Shown: positions 19,949 through 30,052, counted from the stretch's first letter. The stretch is DNA of 64,000 nucleotides from Deltaproteobacteria bacterium (GCA_052390235.1 JBQTHB010000004.1:70986-134985), one strand, 5' to 3'. A program made the numbers and translations. Notes: generated from the letters alone by a model not told the origin.

Positions 19949-20045
19949 GGTGTGGAGATTTCGCCGCACCTCTGGCTCATCTCAACTACAGTACTCAGTA
20001 TAAGTAATATCTCAGCTCGGAGCGTTGCCGCCCCGGTTTATCTGC

Positions 20046-20585
20046 CTACTTGCTTTCACAATTGCATAGGCTCTTGTGTATATGCGCTATCACGTTATGT
20101 ATATCGTCATCTGAAAGCGCCCCTCCCCATGCCGGCATAAGCGGGGATTTCCCGACAGACGGGCCGCCTTCTTTAATAACCTTAAAAATATGGTCGTTTG
20201 TCAGCGATGATACATAGGCGGCATCGCTCAGGTCTCTGGGCTTGGGGTTTAGCGCGGCGGCGGCGACTCCGTCTCCCTTGCCTCCAATGCCGTGGCAGGA
20301 GGCGCAGATGGTCTCGAATTTCGCCTTGCCCAAAGCGGCGTCTCCTTTAGGGGCGGCGGCCGCTTGCGCGCCATCGGTATTTGCCGCCTCTTCAGCCGCA
20401 GGGGCGGTGGTCTCCTCGGCTTGAGGCTCTGGGGTTGCCGCCTCGATTGTTGGCTCCGGTGTGTTTTCGACTATCGCCTCGGTTGCCGCCTCTGGCTCTT
20501 CCTCTGTCTTCGAGCATGAAATGACGGATGCCCCAAGCGATGCGGACACGGTTAAAATCAATATAGCTCTCAATAGTTTCTTCAC
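20046..20585 (-). CDS. Monoheme cytochrome c lipoprotein
   Basis: Lipobox-like VISC, Glu/Ala/Pro-rich linker, CASCH heme motif, PRDL and the distal ligand motif MPAW. Confidence 0.9.
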   Translation of the reverse strand: MKKLLRAILILTVSASLGASVISCSKTEEEPEAATEAIVENTPEPTIEAATPEPQAEETTAPAAEEAANTDGAQAAAAPKGDAALGKAKFETICASCHGIGGKGDGVAAAALNPKPRDLSDAAYVSSLTNDHIFKVIKEGGPSVGKSPLMPAWGGALSDDDIHNVIAHIHKSLCNCESK

Positions 20586-20792
20586 TATTCTCTCTCCTCT
20601 CCTAAAATATTCGACTGTTTCTCTCTATACCTACACTACCTACACTGCGCATCTACCGAAATATTTCGCCCAAGTATTCTATACAGTTTTTCGGTTTTGT
20701 TAAGAGACGTCGCGCTTATTCGCCCAAATGTTTGGAAAAGCGGGCTTATTTAATGTAGAATTTTGCGCAAATCTTTTAGGAGGGGACAATTC

Positions 20793-21542
20793 TTGAGCGC
20801 AATAACTGTTGAAAATGAGTCCGCCGCTTCCCTCGTTACTCTTCGCCGCCCAAAGGTAAACGCCCTCAACGAGGCACTTGTGGATGAGCTTATTTGGGTT
20901 TTGCGCGGTTTAGAGGCTGATTCCGCCGTAAAAGCGGTCATCCTCACGGGCGAGGGGGGATTTTTCTCCTTCGGACTGGATATTCCTGAGTTTATGGGAT
21001 ACTCAAAAGAGGCGTTTGCGGGGTTCATTATTAAATTCACGGGTCTGCTGAAACTCATATTTCAATTCCCAAAGCCCGTCGTAGCCGCCCTGAACGGACA
21101 CGCCATCGCCGGCGGCTGTATGATAGCCCTTGCCGCTGACTACAGGATAATGGCATCGGAGAAGGCGAAAATCTCGCTCAATGAGATAACTTTAGGCTCG
21201 ACGGTTTTCGCAAGCGGGGTTGAAATGGTCAAGCATGCGGTCGGAGCGAGATGCGCCGAGAGGGTTTTGCTCTCCGGGGCGATGTACTCGGCGGAGGATG
21301 CGCAGGCGCTCGGATTGATTGACGAAGCCGTATCCAAGGACAATCTCCCCAGCGGGGCGATGAGGGCGGCAGAGGGACTCTCTGGAGGCGGGCGGGCGTT
21401 TGCGAGCGCAAAAAAGCTCCTTAGGGCTTCAGCCGTCTCCGAGTGGGAGGGGCGCGAGGGGGATTCTATCGCCCAATTCGTGGATATTTGGTACTCCGAG
21501 GACACGCGCCAGAAGCTTGAGAAAATCAAAATTAAGGAATGA
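20793..21542 (+). CDS. Enoyl-CoA hydratase/isomerase family protein
   Basis: KVNAL, FSFGLD and PKPVVAALNGHAIAGGCMIALAADYR; TTG start after AGGAGG. Confidence 0.88.
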   Translation: MSAITVENESAASLVTLRRPKVNALNEALVDELIWVLRGLEADSAVKAVILTGEGGFFSFGLDIPEFMGYSKEAFAGFIIKFTGLLKLIFQFPKPVVAALNGHAIAGGCMIALAADYRIMASEKAKISLNEITLGSTVFASGVEMVKHAVGARCAERVLLSGAMYSAEDAQALGLIDEAVSKDNLPSGAMRAAEGLSGGGRAFASAKKLLRASAVSEWEGREGDSIAQFVDIWYSEDTRQKLEKIKIKE

Positions 21543-22108
21543 CCAAGAGCCTGGATTCGATGATTAAAAAATGGTATCGGGTCAAATCCGAGCAATTAGC
21601 CTCAAGCCGCGTCTTCTCCATGCGCAGGGATACGAGCATCTCTCCTCTGACTGGAGCGGAGCATGATTTCTACGTCGTTGACCCTCCAGATTGGATTAAC
21701 GTCGTCGCCCTCACTGAGGCAGGCGAAATTGTCCTCATCGAGCAGTACAGGCACGGAATGCAGTCCGTAACAATTGAAATTCCCGGAGGGATGATTGACC
21801 CGGGCGAGTCCCCTCTCGATGCGGCAAAAAGGGAGCTTCTCGAGGAAACCGGATACGCCTCTGAGGATTGGGCGCAGATAGGGTGCGTTCATCCAAACCC
21901 CGCCATACAGAGCAACTCCTGCTACACGTTCCTTGCCCGCGGCGCGAGGAAGGTTCAGGAGACAAAATTCGATTCAACCGAGGACATCTGCACACTTCTT
22001 GAGCCGGCGGGGAATATACCCAAATTAGCGGCTGCAGGCGCAATCACTCACGCGCTCGTCGTAGCCGCGTTTTACTGGTACTCAATTTACACGATGCGGG
22101 ATTCGTGA
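21539..22108 (+). CDS. NUDIX hydrolase (ADP-ribose pyrophosphatase-like)
   Basis: Nudix box GMIDPGESPLDAAKRELLEETGY; EQYRHG. Confidence 0.9.
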   Translation: MTKSLDSMIKKWYRVKSEQLASSRVFSMRRDTSISPLTGAEHDFYVVDPPDWINVVALTEAGEIVLIEQYRHGMQSVTIEIPGGMIDPGESPLDAAKRELLEETGYASEDWAQIGCVHPNPAIQSNSCYTFLARGARKVQETKFDSTEDICTLLEPAGNIPKLAAAGAITHALVVAAFYWYSIYTMRDS

Positions 22109-22211
22109 TTCGCGGCGCAGAGCGTCCGGTTGGGGATGCTGGGGATGCGCGCTTTTAATGTTGATCTATCTTGAGACAGAAGTATTAAACGCTACGGAGG
22201 GTTTCTTAGCT

Positions 22212-23171
22212 ATGGATAAACTCAAAAGCGCGGCGGCTGTTGCCGTACGGGACTGTATGGGGGTAAAATCCGGCGAGAGGGTTCTCATTGTTACAGACGA
22301 GCCTCTGCGCAAAATTGGATACGCCCTCTGGGAGGCGGCAAAGGACTTGGGCTCGGACGCTTTAATTATCGAAATCATCCCCAGAAAATCCCACGGCGAG
22401 GAGCCTCCGCCTGCGGTTAGGGATATTCTCAAGCTCGCCGATGTAGCGCTGATTCCCACATCGAAATCCCTGAGCCACACCGACGCCCGCAGGGATGCCT
22501 GCAAAGCCGGAGTCAGAATCGCCACCCTGCCCGGAATTACCGAGGATTCCATGATACGAACCCTCAACGCCGACTATGTACTTATCGCCGAGAGGAGCAG
22601 AAAAGTCGCCGAAATCCTCTCGCGGGGCAGGAGGGTGAGAATCACGACGCGCCTGGGCACGGACATTTCCCTCGACATCGAGGGCAGAAACGGACACTCC
22701 GATACCGGCATCAACCACGCCGCCGGAGATTTTTCAAACCTCCCCGCAGGCGAGGGCTACATCGCCCCCATCGAGGGGAAATCAGGCGGGGTCATTGTCG
22801 TTGACGCTTCAATGTCGGGTGTCGGGAAACTCTCGGGCGAGGTCATACGAATCAGAGTCGAGGACGGATTTGCAACCGATATTACAGGCGGCAAAGGAGC
22901 AGACAGGCTACTGTCAGCGATGACCCCTCACGGCAGGCTCGCCTTTAACCTCGCCGAGCTTGGAGTCGGAACAAACGACAAAGCCATTGTAACGGGCAAC
23001 GTGCTGGAGGATGAGAAAATCATGGGAACGGTGCATATAGCCTTCGGTGATAACAAGAGCATGGGCGGAATGGTCAGAGTCGCAAGCCACCTCGACGGGG
23101 TGATATTAAACCCGACAGTTTATATAGACGATGCGCTAATTATGACGGATGGAAAACTGCTCGTCGTCTAG
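22212..23171 (+). CDS. M29-like (aminopeptidase T) metallo-aminopeptidase
   Basis: NLPAGE, AELGVGTN, LEDEKIMGTVHIAFGDN and SHLDG. Confidence 0.85.
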   Translation: MDKLKSAAAVAVRDCMGVKSGERVLIVTDEPLRKIGYALWEAAKDLGSDALIIEIIPRKSHGEEPPPAVRDILKLADVALIPTSKSLSHTDARRDACKAGVRIATLPGITEDSMIRTLNADYVLIAERSRKVAEILSRGRRVRITTRLGTDISLDIEGRNGHSDTGINHAAGDFSNLPAGEGYIAPIEGKSGGVIVVDASMSGVGKLSGEVIRIRVEDGFATDITGGKGADRLLSAMTPHGRLAFNLAELGVGTNDKAIVTGNVLEDEKIMGTVHIAFGDNKSMGGMVRVASHLDGVILNPTVYIDDALIMTDGKLLVV

Positions 23172-23226
23172 GCGCGCAGAATGGGAAATTTACGCAAATC
23201 GGCGAGAGTGGGCGACTGCCCCTAGG

Positions 23227-24096
23227 TTATTCGATATTTTGAATCTGCTCTTTCATCTTCTCAAGCTCGGAGCGGAACTCAATGGTGAGGTGCGAAATCT
23301 CGGCGTCTTTGGATTTTGCGGCAATGGTCGTTGCCTCGCGGTTTAGCTCCTGCACCAGGAAATCGAGTTCCTTGCCGATGGAGCCTGATTTTCCGAGGAT
23401 TTCTCTAAATCTCGCCGTATGCGCGCCCGCCCGCACCAGCTCTTCAGTGATGTCGCTTCTCTCGGCAATTATGGCGAGTTCTTGATATAGGCGGTTTTGG
23501 TCAATTTCCCTATCTTCGAGGAGTTTCATTATCCGCTCTTTCGCCCGCTCGCCGATTTCCCTGAGCGATGTCTCGCGCTTGGATTTTATTCTCTCGGCAA
23601 GCTCAGCGAGATTCTCTACCCTCGCCGCTAGGTCGGATTCGAGCTTTGCCCCCTCCAGCGCTCTGGTTTCATCGAGCCTGCCCACTGCGCCGAGGACTGC
23701 CATCTTAATCTTTGATAAATCCTCTTCGCTAATAGCCGCTTTTGTCTCAGCGAGGAAAAATTCCCTCACCGAGAGCAAGTGTTCAAGCCCGATACCAGAG
23801 GCAATCCCCAGCTCGCTCCTCAGCCTCTCAAGGGATTTGAGAGACTCTCTGGCAAGCTCAATGTTTACAGCGGCGCGCTTTGCCCTGTGGTTCTCGGCGG
23901 TAACCGAAATCCTGACCTTTCCGCGGAGAATCACATATTTAGCCGCATCCGAGATTTCCCCCTCCATTGACCCCAGCGCATCCGGTGTGGTAACGCTCAT
24001 ATCCAAAAAGCGGTGATTCTCGCTCCTCGCCTCCACTGTAATTTTCCCGATGCTAAGTTCAATCTCGCTCTTGCCAAATCCCGTCATGCTCTTCAT
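23227..24096 (-). CDS. yicC: YicC/YloC-family endoribonuclease
   Basis: MKSMTGFG, SENHRFLD, DITEELVR and GKELDFLVQELNREATTIAAK. Confidence 0.93.
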   Translation of the reverse strand: MKSMTGFGKSEIELSIGKITVEARSENHRFLDMSVTTPDALGSMEGEISDAAKYVILRGKVRISVTAENHRAKRAAVNIELARESLKSLERLRSELGIASGIGLEHLLSVREFFLAETKAAISEEDLSKIKMAVLGAVGRLDETRALEGAKLESDLAARVENLAELAERIKSKRETSLREIGERAKERIMKLLEDREIDQNRLYQELAIIAERSDITEELVRAGAHTARFREILGKSGSIGKELDFLVQELNREATTIAAKSKDAEISHLTIEFRSELEKMKEQIQNIE

Positions 24097-24629
24097 TAAG
24101 CCCTCTCCCTTGCCAGCTGTTTCATGTAACGCCCTCTCAAATCCTTGAATAACGCCCTCATCGCCCCGTAGTCCGGGTAAGTCCACTCAAGCGTGTGAAA
24201 TTCGCGGGAGCTACGGCGATATACGAGCGTTAGGTCTGCATAAACCCCTCTGCCTAAATACGGGCGGTGATAGTATCCCTTTCCCGTGGAGAGAATCAAG
24301 TGTTCCGGGGCGATGTAGCCGGGGTCAATGTTTATGCTCCGCCTTCCGCCTACGGAGTATTTTTGCTCGAGATGGACGGCGAAAATCTTGGCGTCAACCA
24401 GCCGCTCGCGGGGAATCAGATACTTATGCGTGATGAGAATTCTCGATAGATGCCGCCCCATCTCATCCCCGTAGTAGGGGGTCGAATCGAATGGCAGATT
24501 ATCCAGCCGGAAATCGGACTCCGAAAGCTCCGCTTCAAGCTCCGCAATGCACCCTTCAGCCGGCGCGTCCTCGGTGTGAATGAGGCTCATAAAGAGCTTT
24601 ACCGGGCGGGGTTCTTTTAGCTTGCTCAT
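24096..24629 (-). CDS. DUF4416 family protein
   Basis: YYGDEMG, RSINIDPGY, HRPYLGRGVYADLTL and WTYPDY; typical upstream neighbour of yicC. Confidence 0.85.
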   Translation of the reverse strand: MSKLKEPRPVKLFMSLIHTEDAPAEGCIAELEAELSESDFRLDNLPFDSTPYYGDEMGRHLSRILITHKYLIPRERLVDAKIFAVHLEQKYSVGGRRSINIDPGYIAPEHLILSTGKGYYHRPYLGRGVYADLTLVYRRSSREFHTLEWTYPDYGAMRALFKDLRGRYMKQLARERA

Positions 24630-24672
24630 GGTTCAAAGATTTTCAGGAAGGAGGAGGGGGGGAAGTGAAAGC

Positions 24673-25137
24673 CTACTGCTCAGCCGCCTTCCGCTCCAGA
24701 GACCTCTTTCTAATTGCCTCTCCGATAGCCCAGAATTTCCTGTCCTCTTCGCTAACGAGCTTCAGGCTAGGGATATGCTTCGGGCGTCCATTTAGGTCAA
24801 TCGAGACGAAGGCAAAATACCCTCGGCAACTGAAATCCTTTCTCCCCGTGAATTTGCGCACCTTGTAGGCGTCAACCTTCACAATCATCGAAGTTTTGCC
24901 AGTGTAGATGACCTTGCTTGCTATCTCCACGAGGTCTCCCTGCTTTATCGGCAATCTGAAGTCAATCGTCTCAATGGACGCGGTAACGACCTCATCGCTT
25001 GCAAAACGCATTGCGGCAAGGGCCCCGGTCATATCCATGATTTCGACGAGCTTTCCTCCGAAAATAGTCCCGTAGTTATTCGTGTTGGGCGCTAAAATGA
25101 GCTGTGCGGTTAGAATCTCGACGGCTTCTTTTTCCAT
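24673..25137 (-). CDS. Acyl-CoA thioesterase (hotdog fold, YciA-like)
   Basis: NNYGTIFGGKLVEIMD, VVTAS and GKTSM. Confidence 0.9.
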   Translation of the reverse strand: MEKEAVEILTAQLILAPNTNNYGTIFGGKLVEIMDMTGALAAMRFASDEVVTASIETIDFRLPIKQGDLVEIASKVIYTGKTSMIVKVDAYKVRKFTGRKDFSCRGYFAFVSIDLNGRPKHIPSLKLVSEEDRKFWAIGEAIRKRSLERKAAEQ

Positions 25138-25234
25138 TTCTCTGCGTACTCTCCTTGTGCTCTGTTTAGTGAAACCCCCGGATGTCCCGTGGGCGTCGGC
25201 AGTATTTACATCTTCCCTGCCAGTTTCAGGCTTG

Positions 25235-25262
25235 AATATAGCCGATTTTCAAATTCCAGCAA
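25235..25262 (-). promoter_or_regulatory. Putative sigma70 promoter of the thioesterase-DUF4416-yicC unit
   Basis: Minus strand TTGCTG-N16-TATATT. Confidence 0.4.
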
Positions 25263-25362
25263 GCCCCGCCGCCGCGCCCTTGCCCCCCCTGTCATTTCGA
25301 GCGATGGCGAGAGATCCTGAATCAGATTTTCAGCCGCCTCCCTCATTTCAGATTTGGCGCTT

Positions 25363-26640
25363 TTAGTGATTCCCTCTGAGGGCTTTCCTGCCGATGTCTG
25401 TCCTATAGTAGAGGGACTTGCAGTCAATCCTGCCGACTCCCTCGTATGCTAGAGATATTGCGTCTCCTATAGTCCTGCCAAGAGCCGTAACCCCAAGCAC
25501 CCTGCCGCCGTCGGTTACCACTTGCCCCTCGGCAAATGCCGTTCCCGCGTGGAAAACCCTGACCCCCTCGAAGGATTCGGCATCGGCAATTCCGCCTATG
25601 GGAATCCCTCTTTTATACTCTCCGGGGTAGCCAGCCGCCGCCATTACGACACAAACCGAGGCCTCTTCTCTCCACTCGATGCGTTTATCCGCAAGGGTTT
25701 CGTCAATCACCGAGTTGATTATCGGCACAATGTCGGATTTCATCCTCATGAGAAGCGGCTGTGCTTCAGGGTCTCCGAAGCGGCAGTTAAATTCAAGTGT
25801 CTGAGGCTCGCCGTTTTTTATCATCAGCCCCGCAAACAGCACCCCCTTGTAAGGTATCCCCTCGGCTTTCATCGCCCGCACCGTCGGAATCATTATCCGC
25901 TCGATGATTTTTCGCTCCACATCCGGCGTTACCAGCGGCGCGGGGGAATACGCCCCCATCCCGCCGGTGTTTGGACCCCTGTCGCCGTCGAGAAGAGCCT
26001 TGTGGTCTTGGCACGCCTCAAGGGGAACTACAGCCTCGCCGTCCGTGAATGCAAAATAAGACGCCTCCTCGCCCTCTAAAAACTCCTCGATGACGACTTT
26101 TGCCGAGGCATCGCCGAAGATTTTTGCCCTCATCATGGCGTCAAGCGCGTCTTCCGCCTCCCGCTCTGTGCGGCAGATGACCACCCCTTTTCCGGCGGCA
26201 AGACCGTCGGCTTTTACCACGAGCGGCGGTTTTACCTCTCGAACCCAGTTCATTGCCTCGTCGAAATTGTCGAATACGGCGTAGAAGGCGGTAGGGATTT
26301 TATATTTTTTCATGAGATTTTTGGCAAACGCCTTACTGCTCTCGATCTGCGCCGCCGCCTTCGCAGGGCCAAAAATTCTCATTCCCTCGGCTTGGAATCT
26401 ATCCACAATGCCCAGAGAGAGCGGAAGCTCCGGGCCCACGACCACTAAGTCAATTTCCTCAGCCCGCGCGAGTCTAATAAGCCCGTCAATGTCCGAGACC
26501 TTAATATTTACGCACCTGGCTAGCTTTGAAATCCCCGCATTTCCCGGCGCGCATAATACCTCTTTCACAAGTGGACTCTGCCGTATTTTCCAGCAAAGGG
26601 CGTGTTCCCTCGCGCCCCCCCCAATCACTAGCGCTTTCAT
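25363..26640 (-). CDS. purD: Phosphoribosylamine-glycine ligase
   Basis: GGGAREHAL, KADGLAAGKGV, GPNTGGMGAYSP and EFNCRFGDPE. Confidence 0.98.
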   Translation of the reverse strand: MKALVIGGGAREHALCWKIRQSPLVKEVLCAPGNAGISKLARCVNIKVSDIDGLIRLARAEEIDLVVVGPELPLSLGIVDRFQAEGMRIFGPAKAAAQIESSKAFAKNLMKKYKIPTAFYAVFDNFDEAMNWVREVKPPLVVKADGLAAGKGVVICRTEREAEDALDAMMRAKIFGDASAKVVIEEFLEGEEASYFAFTDGEAVVPLEACQDHKALLDGDRGPNTGGMGAYSPAPLVTPDVERKIIERIMIPTVRAMKAEGIPYKGVLFAGLMIKNGEPQTLEFNCRFGDPEAQPLLMRMKSDIVPIINSVIDETLADKRIEWREEASVCVVMAAAGYPGEYKRGIPIGGIADAESFEGVRVFHAGTAFAEGQVVTDGGRVLGVTALGRTIGDAISLAYEGVGRIDCKSLYYRTDIGRKALRGNH

Positions 26641-26823
26641 TTTCGATTTTACCTCCAGAGCTTATATGTTTGTTACAGTTGCCAGATTAATCTCGGCATC
26701 TTCTCATTGCGAAGGAGCTAAGCCACACAGAAGCCTTATTTGTCGGCGCGAGGCTCGCAAGGGGTATTTTATCCGCGCAGGGCGGGGTTGTCGAAGCGTC
26801 GGCACGGAAATTGCCCTTCGGGG

Positions 26824-28656
26824 TTACTCGACGGTTACGACCTTGGCGAGGTTTCTCGGCTGGTCAACGTCCGTCCCCTTGAAAGTAGCTATGTGATACG
26901 CCAGAAGCTGAAGCGGGATAATGGACACGATAGGGCTTAGAAAGTAGTTGCATCGCGGGATTCTTATGATTTTATCTGTCCTGCCCCGAAGCTCTTCGGC
27001 GTCGTCTTCGGAGGTTATGAATATGACTTTTGCCCGCCTCGCTTTGATTTCTTCGAGGTTGCCGAGGATTTTTTTATAGCTTATCTCATCCTGTGGGGCG
27101 ATGACTACGACCGGCATATTTTCGTCTATCAGCGCGATAGGGCCGTGCTTCATCTCTCCGGCGGCGTAAGCCTCGGCGTGGATATAGGAGATTTCCTTGA
27201 GCTTTAGCGCCCCTTCGAGAGCTATGGGGTGGCTGATGCCCCTGCCGAGGTAGAGGAAGTTTCTGTAGCCGTGGTACTCTCTGGCAACCTCGTGTATCTC
27301 GGCGTCGGTTTTAAGAGCCGCCTGAATGGTCTGATAGAGATTCTGCCCGTCGCGGATGAGCCTTGCGGCTTCGCTCTGCGCGAGTTTGCCGTTACGCCTG
27401 CCGAGGCAGATTGCGAGGAAATAGTAGGCTATGAGTTGAGTGGTAAAAGCCTTCGTGGACGCGACGCCGATTTCGGGGCCCGCTTGGGTGTAGATTACGC
27501 CTGCCGCCTCGCGCGCGATTTTACTCATCTGCACGTTCGTTATGGCGAGGACTTTCGCCCCCTTTTTTTTCGCTTCGAGCAGGGCTTCGGAGGTATCCGC
27601 CGTCTCTCCTGACTGGGATACGGCTATGATGAGGGTTTCGCTGCTAACGAGCGGGTCCCTGTAGCGGAACTCGGAGGCTAAATCCACCTCTACGGAAATT
27701 CCGGCGAGGCTCTCAATCATCCGTTTCCCGACGAGGCAGGCGTGGTAAGAGGTGCCGCACCCTACGGCGACTATCCGCTTCACTCCCGCGAGGAGGGCGT
27801 CGTCTATGCCCTCGAGATGAACGTCCGCGCCCCCGTCCGAGAATCTGCCCCGGATGGTGTTGAGGATGGCTTGCGGCTGTTCGTGTATCTCTTTGAGCAT
27901 AAAGTGCTTGTACCCGCATTTCTCTACGGCTATGGGATCCCAATTTATATCGGTTACCTTGCGCTGAACCGCTCTGCCGTCCATGTCTGTAATACGCAAA
28001 GCCCCGCGCTCGACGACAGCGAGGTCTCCGTCCTCTAGGAAGATGACTTTTTTCGTATATGGCAGAACCGCCGGAATATCGGAGGCGAAGAAGTTCTCAT
28101 CCCTGCCGAGTGCCAAAATGAGCGGCGAGAACTTCCTAAGCCCGATGATTTTATCCGGTTCTCTCTCGGAGATAACGCCGACGGCATAAGAGCCTTCGAT
28201 TTTCCCGAACGCCGCCCTTACCGCCTCTTCGAGGGATAATCCGGCGACGGCGAAATCCTCCACGAGGTGGGCTATGACCTCGGTGTCGGTGTCGGATTTG
28301 AACTCATAGCCTCTTAATTGAAGCTCTTCTCTGAGTTCTCTGTAGTTCTCGATGATGCCGTTGTGGACGACGGCCGTTTTCCCTGAGACGTGCGGATGGG
28401 CGTTTCTCTCGGAGGGCGCGCCGTGAGTCGCCCAGCGGGTGTGTCCCAAACCCAAGCTCCCCGAAGAGGGATTAGCTCCGAGCTTTTCAACGAGATTTGC
28501 GAGCTTCCCCTCGCACTTGGTCGTGTGAATTCGCTCCCCCCTCAGCACGGCGACGCCTGAGGAATCGTAGCCTCTGTATTCAAGCCGCCTGAGTCCGTCA
28601 AGCAACACACTCACTGTTCTATCGGGACTGCCGATGTACCCTACGATTCCACACAT
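26824..28656 (-). CDS. glmS: Glutamine-fructose-6-phosphate aminotransferase
   Basis: MCGIVG, LEYRGYDS, GHTRWATHG, SQSGETADT and DQPRNLAKVVTVE. Confidence 0.99.
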   Translation of the reverse strand: MCGIVGYIGSPDRTVSVLLDGLRRLEYRGYDSSGVAVLRGERIHTTKCEGKLANLVEKLGANPSSGSLGLGHTRWATHGAPSERNAHPHVSGKTAVVHNGIIENYRELREELQLRGYEFKSDTDTEVIAHLVEDFAVAGLSLEEAVRAAFGKIEGSYAVGVISEREPDKIIGLRKFSPLILALGRDENFFASDIPAVLPYTKKVIFLEDGDLAVVERGALRITDMDGRAVQRKVTDINWDPIAVEKCGYKHFMLKEIHEQPQAILNTIRGRFSDGGADVHLEGIDDALLAGVKRIVAVGCGTSYHACLVGKRMIESLAGISVEVDLASEFRYRDPLVSSETLIIAVSQSGETADTSEALLEAKKKGAKVLAITNVQMSKIAREAAGVIYTQAGPEIGVASTKAFTTQLIAYYFLAICLGRRNGKLAQSEAARLIRDGQNLYQTIQAALKTDAEIHEVAREYHGYRNFLYLGRGISHPIALEGALKLKEISYIHAEAYAAGEMKHGPIALIDENMPVVVIAPQDEISYKKILGNLEEIKARRAKVIFITSEDDAEELRGRTDKIIRIPRCNYFLSPIVSIIPLQLLAYHIATFKGTDVDQPRNLAKVVTVE

Positions 28657-30042
28657 TCACGCGCCCTCCTTTTTATGGGCCTTTCTCTTCCATCCCTCGA
28701 TGACGACCTGCTTCGCCCTGCCTATTGCCAGCGAACCTGCCGGCACGTCCTTTGTTATCGTCGAGCCTGCTGCGGTGGTCGAGCCGCTTCCGACCTTCAG
28801 GGGGGCTACGAGCATCGTATCGCTCCCGATAAATACGTCGTCTCCGATGAGGGTCTGATGCTTGTTTACGCCGTCGTAGTTGCAGGTTATCGTTCCCGCG
28901 CCGATATTCACCCGCTCGCCTAGGGTGGCGTCGCCCACATAGGACAGATGCGGCACTTTCGAGCCTCTGCCGATGGTGGATTTTTTTATCTCGACGAAGT
29001 TGCCGATTTTTGCGCCTGATAAGAGCTTTGCCTCTGGGCGCAGATGCGCGAATGGCCCAACGGATACTCTATCTTCGATAACCGTTTTTACGATGAAGCA
29101 GGAGAAATTCACCGAAACCTCGTCCCCAATTTCTGAGTCCTCAATCCACGCCGACGGGCCTACGCTGCATCCGCGCCCGATGCTGGTGCGCCCGTAAATG
29201 TAGGTGTTCGGATAAATTACCGTGTCCGCCCCGATGGAGGCTTCGGGGGAGATATAGGTCGCGGCGGGGTCAATAATTGAAACTCCCATGAGCATCAGCC
29301 TTTTATTGACCCTCTTTCTCATCTCCGCCTCAACCAATGCAAGCTCCTCTCTGGAATTCACCCCCTGAACCTCCACTGCGTCCGAGGCTCTGTGGGCGAG
29401 TACTCTCTCTCCTCTCTGGGCGGCGACTTTCACAATATCGGTCAAATAATACTCCTTTTGGTCGTTATTCGTCCCGATGGATTGGAGCGCCCTCCAAAGG
29501 AAATCCGAGCGGACGCAGTACGCGCCTGAATTTATCTCCCGCACTGCCAGCTCGTCGGCAGTGGCGTCCCTCTGCTCGACTATGCCCAGAACGCCGCCGT
29601 CCGATTTCCTGATGACTCTGCCATAGCCGCTGGGGTTCTCGAAATCGGCCGAAATGAGCGATACCGCCGCTCCGTGCTGCCGATGACTCTCGATTAATTC
29701 GCGGAGCGTGCCACTGGTGATGAGGGGGAAATCCCCGTTGAGGATGATTACGTCTCCGTGGAAATCTCTGAGATGCTCGAAGGCGCAGAGGGCGGCGTGT
29801 CCTGTGCCGAGCTGCTGGGCTTGAAGGGCATATTCAATCTCGGCTGAGTTGATGGAGGCTTTTATTTTCTCTGCTTGATGCCCCACAACGGCGATCACTC
29901 TGCTCGGGCTGATTTCCATCACGGCTTCAATTACGAAACAGAGCATCGGGCGTCTGAGTACGGGGTGGAGAACCTTGGGAAGGTCAGAGCGCATCCGCTT
30001 TCCCATTCCTGCGGCGAGTATAATGACGGCTATATCGGACAT
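28657..30042 (-). CDS. glmU: Bifunctional UDP-GlcNAc pyrophosphorylase / GlcN-1-P acetyltransferase
   Basis: LAAGMGKRMRSDLPKVLH, QQLGTGHA, EYYLTD, hexapeptide repeats and TITCNYDG. Confidence 0.98.
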   Translation of the reverse strand: MSDIAVIILAAGMGKRMRSDLPKVLHPVLRRPMLCFVIEAVMEISPSRVIAVVGHQAEKIKASINSAEIEYALQAQQLGTGHAALCAFEHLRDFHGDVIILNGDFPLITSGTLRELIESHRQHGAAVSLISADFENPSGYGRVIRKSDGGVLGIVEQRDATADELAVREINSGAYCVRSDFLWRALQSIGTNNDQKEYYLTDIVKVAAQRGERVLAHRASDAVEVQGVNSREELALVEAEMRKRVNKRLMLMGVSIIDPAATYISPEASIGADTVIYPNTYIYGRTSIGRGCSVGPSAWIEDSEIGDEVSVNFSCFIVKTVIEDRVSVGPFAHLRPEAKLLSGAKIGNFVEIKKSTIGRGSKVPHLSYVGDATLGERVNIGAGTITCNYDGVNKHQTLIGDDVFIGSDTMLVAPLKVGSGSTTAAGSTITKDVPAGSLAIGRAKQVVIEGWKRKAHKKEGA

Positions 30043-30052
30043 GAGCTAAAGT

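Noticed and set aside
19790..20046. tRNA-Ser as an integration site for a genomic island
   Set aside because: No integrase and no duplicated tRNA 3' end seen; the tRNA-ffs-dnaX synteny is intact.
25170..25228. Assignment of the leader to fluoride, c-di-GMP-II or ZTP riboswitch classes
   Set aside because: The conserved nucleotides of those classes are not present; kept only as an unclassified candidate.
28657..28700. glmS ribozyme
   Set aside because: The glmS start abuts the glmU stop, leaving no 5' UTR.
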